Part shown: piece by piece, positions 28,051 through 35,550 of the stretch
Layout: each line of letters starts with the position of its first letter
How positions within the stretch are numbered: position 1 is the stretch's first letter
Assembly: GCA_964481765.1 (NCBI GenBank)
Contig: CAYZVJ010000004.1
Coordinates: forward strand, 1 to 52,432
Length of the DNA stretch: 52,432 bases
Direction: 5' to 3'
DNA from: an uncultured Rikenellaceae bacterium
GTDB taxonomy: Bacteria > Bacteroidota > Bacteroidia > Bacteroidales > VadinHA17
Translations under genes and position numbers: made by a program
Notes under the pieces: model-generated
Seen by the model: only the letters and a program-made list of their open reading frames with translations
Told to the model about the DNA's origin: nothing
Databases searched by the model: none

Positions 28051-28256
28051 GGATCCAGAACAATTAAATCATTTTAAAGGTAGGATAAAATCTTTGAATA
28101 GAAAAACAGACCCGTTACACAAAAAAAGTCAGTTATTGTTGTGAAAATTAGAAAATATCATTTACCATTGTCCAAGGTCCCGAAGGGATTCCTTCGGAGC
28201 TTTGGAGGTTCGGAGAAATCCCGATTAATTGAAAGTACCATTTTTTACAGATTTAC

Positions 28257-29246
28257 ATGGGGCATACTATGAAGGTTGCGGTTACCGGAGCCAGCGGACA
28301 CATTGGATCGAACCTGGTCAGGGAACTGATCAGGAAAGGTCATCAGGTACGGGTTTTATATCATGAGGATAACCGTGGTTTTGAGGGATTACCCGTGGAA
28401 GCAATACAGGGTAGTATGAATGATCAGGATGCCCTGACACGACTCGTGACCGGTACGGATATTGTCTTTCATCTTGCTGCACAGATCTCCATTAACGGCA
28501 AGAACGACAAACGTTTGCTGGATAAAAACATCGAAGGCACAAGGAATATTATTGAGGCGATCCGTCGTTCCGGAAACATGCGGTTGATCCATTTCAGTTC
28601 CATACATGCCCTCGAACACGAACCGCTCGATCAGGTTCTGGATGAGAACCGGCCTCTTGCACTGACAGACCCAATCTATTATACTCAAAGCAAAGCATAC
28701 AGTGAACAAATTGTACTTAAAGCAGTTACGAATGGACTGGATGCTATCATCCTGAATCCCACGGCAGTCATCGGGCCATTCGATTTTAAGCCATCTCTTA
28801 TGGGTCAGGCAATTGTTCGTTTTTACAAAGGAAGACTACCCGCGCTTATCCCTGGAGGTTATGACTGGGTCGATGTGCGGGATGTTGTTCAGGCTGCGAT
28901 CAATGCAACGACAAAGGGAAAGACCGGTAAACGCTACATCTTATCCGGGCAGTGGAAAACCATCAAAACACTGGGTCAGGAAGTACATTATCTCGGAGGC
29001 AGAAAAATTCCCTGCATTCGGGTTCCATTCTGGCTGGCTATAGCGGCTGTACCCCTATTCAGGTTGCTGGCCTGGCTTTCAGGAAGAATTCCGTTATACA
29101 CCTATGAATCGCTGCACATCATCAAAAACGGGAATCCGGCCATCAGCAGTTTGCTGGCGCGGAATGAGCTTAATTACCAGCCCAGACCCTTCGAGGGAAC
29201 CGTAAAGGATACTGTTGCATGGTACAGGGAGAACGGATATATCTAG
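28257..29246 (+). CDS. NAD(P)-dependent epimerase/dehydratase (extended SDR, dihydroflavonol-reductase-like)
   Basis: 329 aa. Rossmann motif VTGASGHIGSNLVRELIRKGHQV. Catalytic YxxxK (YTQSKAY). Confidence 0.9.
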   Translation: MGHTMKVAVTGASGHIGSNLVRELIRKGHQVRVLYHEDNRGFEGLPVEAIQGSMNDQDALTRLVTGTDIVFHLAAQISINGKNDKRLLDKNIEGTRNIIEAIRRSGNMRLIHFSSIHALEHEPLDQVLDENRPLALTDPIYYTQSKAYSEQIVLKAVTNGLDAIILNPTAVIGPFDFKPSLMGQAIVRFYKGRLPALIPGGYDWVDVRDVVQAAINATTKGKTGKRYILSGQWKTIKTLGQEVHYLGGRKIPCIRVPFWLAIAAVPLFRLLAWLSGRIPLYTYESLHIIKNGNPAISSLLARNELNYQPRPFEGTVKDTVAWYRENGYI

Positions 29247-29260
29247 TTCAGGGAGTTGCC

Positions 29261-30019
29261 ATGGAGAACAACCGGTATGAATTATTTAATGTTATCTGGA
29301 TCGCTTTTGCCCTGATCCTGTTTCCCATCCTTCTGAAAACAACAATGCCCTATGGAAGGCATACCAATAAGGATTGGGGAATGACCGTTCCCAACAGGCT
29401 CGGATGGATTATAATGGAGTTTCCTGCCTTGCTTGTCTTTGCCTATTTTTTCTGCAATTCTCCAGCAAAAGAACGGGGTATAAGCTGGATCTTTCTCCTG
29501 CTGTGGGGGTTTCATTATCTGAATCGGTCTCTCATATTCCCCCTCAGGCTCAGGACAACCGGGAAAGCAATGCCGGTTGTGATCATGACACTGGCCATAT
29601 TTTTCAACCTGGTGAACGGATACCTCAACGGGTACTATCTTGGTAACGTAAAACCACTCTACCCAACTTCCTGGCTCTGGGATATCCGGTTTATCCTGGG
29701 AATAATACTGTTTATCGGGGGACTGGTGATTAACTGGTTGTCCGACACAATACTGATTGAACTCCGGAAAGACTCCCGGAATGGGTATTCCATTCCCCGG
29801 GGGTTCCTGTTTGACTACATCTCCTGTCCCAATTTTTTTGGAGAGATCATCGAATGGATTGGTTTTGCACTGATGACATGGAGTTTACCGGCCTTCGCTT
29901 TTGCACTGTGGAGTTTTACAAACCTTGTTCCAAGAGCACTTGATCACCACCGCTGGTACCACCGGACATTTGAAACATACCCGAAAAGCCGGAAAGCAAT
30001 CATTCCTTATATTCTGTAG
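29261..30019 (+). CDS. 3-oxo-5-alpha-steroid 4-dehydrogenase / steroid 5-alpha-reductase family membrane protein
   Basis: I prefer the start MENNRYELF at 29261, 15 nt after the SDR stop. Polytopic. Hallmark C-terminal region FDYISCPNFFGEIIEWIGFAL ... HRWYHRTFETYPKSRKAIIPYIL. Confidence 0.85.
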   Translation: MENNRYELFNVIWIAFALILFPILLKTTMPYGRHTNKDWGMTVPNRLGWIIMEFPALLVFAYFFCNSPAKERGISWIFLLLWGFHYLNRSLIFPLRLRTTGKAMPVVIMTLAIFFNLVNGYLNGYYLGNVKPLYPTSWLWDIRFILGIILFIGGLVINWLSDTILIELRKDSRNGYSIPRGFLFDYISCPNFFGEIIEWIGFALMTWSLPAFAFALWSFTNLVPRALDHHRWYHRTFETYPKSRKAIIPYIL

Positions 30020-30041
30020 TTCCGGGCTTTTTCAGAATCAC

Positions 30042-30539
30042 TTATTTTTCTTTTTTCACTTGATCATCCCATTCCATCACAATGTGTGGAACCTCTTTTT
30101 CAAGGAGATCGATCAGTTGTACTACCTCTTTCAGGCTCCTGATGTCCTCCCTTCCGGTTCTACTTTGCAGCTCTATCACTTCCAGCAGCAGGGTCCGGAT
30201 TGAATTGGCAAATCCAATTAACCCGGTGAGAATCTGTCTCCATTCCCCAATCCTGGATTTAAAATACCGCTTCCTGTCACCAGGAAGTGTAATGTAATCT
30301 ATCTGTTGTGTTCCAAGCAACAGATTCAACCCAATGCTGACAGCACTTTTACTGACTTTTAAGTTATCGGTTATTTCATCAAACGTCAAATAGGGCTTTT
30401 CCGTTACCATAAGCAAGCCGATGATCCTGGCAGGGATGGGCTGATAACCGTATTTCTCCAGGAAAACACCGATTCTCTCAACAAGCTCAATCCTGCGTTC
30501 TTCTAAGTTAGATTGTGTCATGGAAGTTCTTTTTCTCAA
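30042..30539 (-). CDS. GbsR/MarR-family winged-helix transcriptional regulator
   Basis: 165 aa. ERIGVFLEKYGYQPIPARIIGLLMV...LTFDEITDNLKVSKSAVSIGLNLL matches the GbsR-type wHTH pattern. Confidence 0.75.
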   Translation of the reverse strand: MRKRTSMTQSNLEERRIELVERIGVFLEKYGYQPIPARIIGLLMVTEKPYLTFDEITDNLKVSKSAVSIGLNLLLGTQQIDYITLPGDRKRYFKSRIGEWRQILTGLIGFANSIRTLLLEVIELQSRTGREDIRSLKEVVQLIDLLEKEVPHIVMEWDDQVKKEK

Positions 30540-30611
30540 AAATAAAAAGTTTCTTTGGTTTAGTAAAATTTAAACTGATAAAGATCCTTTTCAGACTATG
30601 GAAAATAAAAA

Positions 30612-30633
30612 ACCCGGAGTATCTCCGGGTTTT
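30612..30633. terminator. Bidirectional-looking intrinsic terminator
   Basis: ACCCGGAG-tat-CTCCGGGT hairpin (8 bp), flanked by an A-run upstream (30605-30612) and TTTT downstream (30630-33). It lies 30 nt downstream of the small minus-strand ORF stop at 30663. Confidence 0.6.
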
Positions 30634-30662
30634 GAGCATATTATAATGATCAGAAGGGTAAA

Positions 30663-30884
30663 TCAGGCATTCATTAGTCTTCTGATCTTCAGTACAGAGA
30701 TTTCCCTGTAGATGTTTTCGATCTCCTGATCGATCTGTTCCAGTGTAGTTTGTATCTCTTCTGATTTTTTATCCACCTTCTCCGGTCCGTTGCAAGGAGT
30801 AGTGGAACTCAACGAACGTTTCAGGTTTTCCAATTCATTCAGGTGGATCTCCTGGTTTTGTATCAATGTATCCAGACTTTCCAT
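30663..30884 (-). CDS. Small hypothetical coiled-coil protein
   Basis: 73 aa with heptad-like acidic sequence. An in-frame stop lies about 25 codons upstream, with no alternative start codon in that stretch, so this ATG is the only start. Followed by the hairpin terminator at 30612-30633. No family recognised. Confidence 0.4.
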   Translation of the reverse strand: MESLDTLIQNQEIHLNELENLKRSLSSTTPCNGPEKVDKKSEEIQTTLEQIDQEIENIYREISVLKIRRLMNA

Positions 30885-31111
30885 CGTTTTCAGTTTTTTG
30901 GAGACAGGATTGGTACCTTCTCCCGAAATGGTTTGATAAACCTGCTTCTTGTTATTCTTCTCTATGTATAAAGACGTTTAAAGAAGTAAACCGTTACAAG
31001 AAATGAAAAAAAATTGAGGTTTTTTTTAATAAAATGTTAAAGAATCTTAAATGAAGCGATATTTTCATCAAGAATTGTCCACCATAGTTTTATGTTTTAT
31101 GTTTTATTTCT

Positions 31112-32095
31112 TTATCGCTTCGATTTCCTCAGGTAGACGTTGCCGTTCTGTGTGCGAATCTTGATTTCAACACCACCTCCATTCAGGGTCCCTTTGTAAT
31201 CATAACCACTAAACCAGTTGGAATAGAGTAAATTACCCACATAATAATTGCCCAATGCCCGGTTGAAAATACCAACCGTATCGATATAGATATCTCCTTG
31301 GTTGAACCGATAATTATAATGGTATCTTGGTATCAACACATCGGGATTCAACTCTACCTTTGGATTAATAAACTTGCCTTCCGATGGGGAATAGATTTTC
31401 AAATCACCCAGATCGATCTCCTCTTTCTCCTCGACTATTTTTTCAAGATCCAGATCCGTGTATATTTCGCCATTACCTGCAGCCAGATTAAACGTTGCTT
31501 TGGAGCCGGCAGGGAGTGTAATATCAATATCACTCTGACTGCTGATCAGGGACATGGGACCTCCCTGGTTGACTTCTGAGAAGGTAACATTCAATTCGCC
31601 GTTATTCACTGTAGCAACCACCGGTCCTATAACATCGAATAGATTGACTTTCCCGAATTGGCTGTTGATTTCGATCTCCCCTTTCATCTTATGAACTTCG
31701 AGGTTTTTTTCCTGATAGAACCAGGTATTGGTTATCACCAGGTTTACCTTTTCCGGAAGTCCGATTTTATAGGAGAGGTTCTGTTCGCTGGATCCACCCG
31801 AGATGATTATAACATGATCATATTCATCGATATTGAGCGCCAGTCCGGTATTATCCAATCCTGTTCTTTTCAAGGCTTTCAAACCGGCTGCTTTTTCCGG
31901 TGGTGGTTCCAATCCGGTTGCTTCAACGGTTAGTTTGTTTCCGGTATGCCCCTCGATAAAAAGATCGGCTACCACGTTTTCAAACTTAACGGTCAGGTCG
32001 CTTCCTCCCGTCAATTCCTGTGAATATTCCTGGGCCATCAGGTTCAATGATGAAACCAGGAATAGAATGCATACAAAATTTCTGATTGTTTTCAT
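31112..32095 (-). CDS. Secreted DUF4097-like (putative adhesin, beta-helix) protein
   Basis: 327 aa. Signal peptide MKTIRNFVCILFLVSSLNLMAQ. Repetitive beta-strand segments (..GEIEINSQFGKVNLFDV..NGELNVTFSE..SDIDITLPAG..GNGEIYTDLD..) as in DUF4097. Third gene of the sigma/anti-sigma operon. Confidence 0.6.
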   Translation of the reverse strand: MKTIRNFVCILFLVSSLNLMAQEYSQELTGGSDLTVKFENVVADLFIEGHTGNKLTVEATGLEPPPEKAAGLKALKRTGLDNTGLALNIDEYDHVIIISGGSSEQNLSYKIGLPEKVNLVITNTWFYQEKNLEVHKMKGEIEINSQFGKVNLFDVIGPVVATVNNGELNVTFSEVNQGGPMSLISSQSDIDITLPAGSKATFNLAAGNGEIYTDLDLEKIVEEKEEIDLGDLKIYSPSEGKFINPKVELNPDVLIPRYHYNYRFNQGDIYIDTVGIFNRALGNYYVGNLLYSNWFSGYDYKGTLNGGGVEIKIRTQNGNVYLRKSKR

Positions 32096-32124
32096 GCTGT
32101 TGTTTTTTATCTTGTTGGACTATT

Positions 32125-32913
32125 TTATAGGAGGAGTTTCAATCCTTGTTTTGCCTTGTTTTTTACGGATTCATAGGTAGTTTCATCGGCTATCAGTTTT
32201 TCCATCACCGGTACGGATGCTTTCTCATTGAGGTTAACCATCATATTGATCATGGAGATCTGGATGATGGGATCCGTTTGCAGGCTAAATGATTTCACCA
32301 GTTCTTCCCGGATTTCCGGTACTCCGGCATACCGTGAAAGTGCTTCAAGGGCCGCGAGTCTCACATTTTCGCTCTTATCCCCGTTAAGGGAGAGGAACAG
32401 GGCTTCTCTCAGTTCCGGTTCCAGGCGGTCCAACTCTTCAGAAATATTGACCGCCATGATTCGTTTGCTCGCCGAAGATTGTTTGAGCATGCTGAGGATC
32501 ATCATGTTCTTTGTCTCCCTGACTTCTTTCTGCAGTGCTATGATCTGCTCTTCCTCTATTCCGGGTTTTGAGAGCAGTTGCCCGCCGAAATAACCCAGTA
32601 CAAAGAATAGGATTGAGGCGGCCACGGTCAGGGGCAGAATACGTTTCCATCCAACATAGGATCTTTCCGAACCCAGTAACATAATCCGTTTCCGTTCACT
32701 GTCAATAAATTCCACAAAATCATTCTTCAGGTTTTCATCGGGATCTTCAAAGGGTATCTGGGCAATGAATTCTTCTAACCGGAGTGATTCTTCAAGTTTT
32801 TTATGACAATCCTTGCAGGAGGAAAAATGATCATCCATTGCTTTTCTCGTCTCTTCCGGAAGCATCCCTGATAAATAGGCTTCCAGGTTATTTACAATAT
32901 CGTTACAGTTCAT
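32125..32913 (-). CDS. Anti-sigma factor (zf-HC2) with one TM and a periplasmic HEAT-repeat-like domain
   Basis: 262 aa. N-terminal HFSSCKDCHKKL (HxxxCxxC). TM LPLTVAASILFFVLGYFGG. C-terminal helical repeats (..RLAALEALSRYA..). 4-nt start/stop overlap with the sigma gene. Confidence 0.75.
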   Translation of the reverse strand: MNCNDIVNNLEAYLSGMLPEETRKAMDDHFSSCKDCHKKLEESLRLEEFIAQIPFEDPDENLKNDFVEFIDSERKRIMLLGSERSYVGWKRILPLTVAASILFFVLGYFGGQLLSKPGIEEEQIIALQKEVRETKNMMILSMLKQSSASKRIMAVNISEELDRLEPELREALFLSLNGDKSENVRLAALEALSRYAGVPEIREELVKSFSLQTDPIIQISMINMMVNLNEKASVPVMEKLIADETTYESVKNKAKQGLKLLL

Positions 32914-33455
32914 TGGTCATTCTTTTCAAGTGTAAAAAAGGCTTTGCGCAAACTCAATACCGCTCGGTGGACCTTCCCTTTTACGGTATTTTCAGAACAA
33001 TTTAACAGTACGGCTATCTCTCTGTTTTTCAGTTGCTGATAGCCTTTAAGGATCAGAATTTCACGGTGACCGTGCGGAATCATGGTGAGGGCAGTCTGAA
33101 GGATCCTAATCTTTTCCGCCTTTTCCTGATCATCCATCACAGAATCGATTGAAGCATTTATCTGCTCGAGATCGACAAAATTGGATCGGGCAGCTTCATC
33201 GCTTTTCAGGTGATCGGCGAAAATATTACGGGCTATCCGGAATATCCAGGATCTGAAATTGTTTTTCGGTTTGTAACTCCTCCTGTATTTTATCATCCTG
33301 AAAAACACGGTTTGCATCAGATCCTGGCTAATCTCCCTGTTAAAACTCAGCCTCAGAAAGTAATTATAGATCAACTTGCTGTATCGATCATAGATCAGGG
33401 AGGCCAAATCCAGGTTGCCCTCTTTAACCTCTAACATGATTTGTTCGTCGGTCAT
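32910..33455 (-). CDS. ECF-type RNA polymerase sigma-70 family factor
   Basis: 181 aa. Region 2 (LIYNYFLRL..NREISQDLMQTVFFRM...SWIFRIARNIFADHLK) and region 4 (REILILKGYQQLKNREIAVLLNCSENTVKGKVHRA). Confidence 0.9.
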   Translation of the reverse strand: MTDEQIMLEVKEGNLDLASLIYDRYSKLIYNYFLRLSFNREISQDLMQTVFFRMIKYRRSYKPKNNFRSWIFRIARNIFADHLKSDEAARSNFVDLEQINASIDSVMDDQEKAEKIRILQTALTMIPHGHREILILKGYQQLKNREIAVLLNCSENTVKGKVHRAVLSLRKAFFTLEKNDQ

Positions 33456-33561
33456 AGTGATCCGAAATTCCCGGCTTCTGTTATTGAATACTGCAGAAAC
33501 CTGAAATGGTTATGTGGTGAAACAGACTTTTTTTTCTATACCGGGCTGAAGTCACCCGGCA

Positions 33562-34287
33562 TTATTCCTCCCCCTTTAACTCATACCCTGCAAAAGTGAT
33601 GCATTTCCGGGCAAGGATAAACACCGGATCGAGAAGGGGCAGATGCATCAGCTCCTGCTGAAGCACCAGTGATATCTCAGTACAACCGGAAATAATAGCC
33701 TCCACACCTTTCCCGGTGAGATGCCCGATTGATTCCGAAAGCGCTGACAGGGATTCCTCTTTATACCCTGCTTTGATGCCTCTTTTACCATAAATGGCGT
33801 CCATTGTTTTTTCCCTGACAGGCAATTCAGGAATGACAATTTCCAGTCCGTTCCTCTCAAAACCGGTGGTATAAATATTGGTTGTATAGGTCCCTGTGGT
33901 GGCAAGTAATCCGAATTTACGCATGCCTTTGAATTCATTCAACGCGTAATTTGCTGTTTCGGTAATCATGTTCAGCACCGGAATGGTAACGCTATTTTCG
34001 ATTTGATCCATAAAGGCGTGTGCAGTATTGCAGGGAATGGCAATAAAATCAGCTCCCATTTGTTCCAGTTTGATCAATCCTCTTTCCAGGGCAGGGATGG
34101 GTGAAACACCATCACCATGAATGAATGCTGACCGGTCGGGGATTTTCGGATCATTCACAATAAGAAGAGGTATATGATCGGCATCTTTTGATGCTCTGGT
34201 ATTGTAAACGATCAGATGAAACAGCCTTACTGTAGCTTCCGGGCCCATGCCACCCAGAATTCCAATTGTTTTTTTTCTCTTAGCCAT
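33562..34287 (-). CDS. Aspartate/glutamate racemase family protein (aspartate racemase-like)
   Basis: 241 aa. GILGGMGPEATV N-terminal motif. The two catalytic Cys contexts IPCNTAH and SGCTEISL. Confidence 0.9.
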   Translation of the reverse strand: MAKRKKTIGILGGMGPEATVRLFHLIVYNTRASKDADHIPLLIVNDPKIPDRSAFIHGDGVSPIPALERGLIKLEQMGADFIAIPCNTAHAFMDQIENSVTIPVLNMITETANYALNEFKGMRKFGLLATTGTYTTNIYTTGFERNGLEIVIPELPVREKTMDAIYGKRGIKAGYKEESLSALSESIGHLTGKGVEAIISGCTEISLVLQQELMHLPLLDPVFILARKCITFAGYELKGEE

Positions 34288-34296
34288 TGATTTGTT

Positions 34297-35436
34297 CTAA
34301 TGCATCCGGTTTTTCTCATTCAGTATTTCAAGCACTTCATCAACAGGTAATGCTTCAATCTTCCGCCCTTTCTGTCCAACCATCGTTTCCGCGGCAAAAA
34401 GGGAACTAAGGATGGCTTCTTCGGTCGCTTCAATCACAGCGGAGAAAAGGGGAGTCATGTATTGGTTCAGCAGTTGTTCGACAGTAACAACAGCCGAGTC
34501 GGAATGGTAGGGGATCCGGTTTGATTCAGCGGTTGAGAAGGCAATGACATAATCGCCACTATTATTGGAGGAGACCCCACCCGTTCTGCCAAGGCCGAGC
34601 ATTGCCCGTTTTGCAAGCCGTCCCAGGTTGCGTGAATCGAGCGGGGCATCGGTAGCCACCACAATCATGCACGATCCGTCAACCCGGTCCGGCAGGGAAG
34701 CAAACTGTTTGTGATTTTCCAGTTCACGGGTAATGTCAACGCCCGATATCTGAAGCCTTCCTCCGAAATTGGTCTGCACCAGGACTCCCACGGTATAACC
34801 GCCATAACGATCAGGCAGTTTTCGCGAAGAGGTGCCGATACCCCCTTTGAATCCAAAACAGATGGTTCCGGTTCCCGCACCGACATTACCTTCCACAACC
34901 TTCCCGTCCGCTGCATTATGGATTGCCTCAAGAACATCTTCTTGAGTGACATGCCGCCCCTGTATGTCATTGAGAAACCCATCATTGGTCTCTCCTACTA
35001 CCGGGTTGACAGACTGAACATACCTGTTTTCCTCCTGCTCCAGGGTATAGGTGATCAGGGCATCAGCTGCTATCGGGACACTCAATGTATTGGTCAGGAT
35101 AACCGGGGTTTCCAGGTTACCAAGCTCTTTCACCTGGCTGATCCCGGTTAGTTTTCCGTATCCGTTCCCAATGCAAATGGCTGCAGGAACTTTGTACCGG
35201 TAAATATTCCCCTGGTATGGCAATATAGCCGTAACCCCTGTTCTGATGCTGTCCCCCTCAATCAGTGTCTTGTGCCCCACCAGGACACCCGGAACATCGG
35301 TTATTGCATTCCACTGTCCCGTTTCCATTGTGCCAATTTGGATTCCCGCTTCCCGGATTCGCATACCCTGGGAAAAACTATTTTCAGTAATGGACATGAG
35401 AGCGAGAAACAGGATCAATGTAACCATCCTTTTCAT
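34297..35436 (-). CDS. P1/S58 family peptidase (DmpA-type L-aminopeptidase/D-esterase)
   Basis: 379 aa. Signal peptide. ITDVPGVLVGH, GETNDGFLND and the self-processing region GNVGAGTGTICFGFKGGIGTSS are typical of DmpA/BapA Ntn hydrolases. Confidence 0.85.
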   Translation of the reverse strand: MKRMVTLILFLALMSITENSFSQGMRIREAGIQIGTMETGQWNAITDVPGVLVGHKTLIEGDSIRTGVTAILPYQGNIYRYKVPAAICIGNGYGKLTGISQVKELGNLETPVILTNTLSVPIAADALITYTLEQEENRYVQSVNPVVGETNDGFLNDIQGRHVTQEDVLEAIHNAADGKVVEGNVGAGTGTICFGFKGGIGTSSRKLPDRYGGYTVGVLVQTNFGGRLQISGVDITRELENHKQFASLPDRVDGSCMIVVATDAPLDSRNLGRLAKRAMLGLGRTGGVSSNNSGDYVIAFSTAESNRIPYHSDSAVVTVEQLLNQYMTPLFSAVIEATEEAILSSLFAAETMVGQKGRKIEALPVDEVLEILNEKNRMH

Positions 35437-35550
35437 GATATTCTATTTATTTGTATTATGATCAGAAAAAATCCCCCGGAAGTCAGTTTCTTTCTTCAAC
35501 AGGGGATTTTATGATTCAGTCAGAATATTCCCGGAGCATAAGCATGGGTA

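Noticed and set aside
27757-28077. 106-aa plus-strand ORF mirroring the glycine-zipper gene.
   Set aside because: The plus-strand translation is a Thr/Asn/Pro/His/Cys low-complexity product of the repeat. The minus-strand product has a coherent glycine-zipper TM, a charged linker and a second TM. The choice of strand remains moderately uncertain.
28160-28256. Possible small cis-regulatory RNA upstream of the SDR gene: GGGATT...AATCCC stem enclosing CCTTCGG/GTTCGGAG elements.
   Set aside because: Only a 6-bp outer stem and weak inner pairings, with no match to any riboswitch core I know. Too weak to report as a feature without covariation data.
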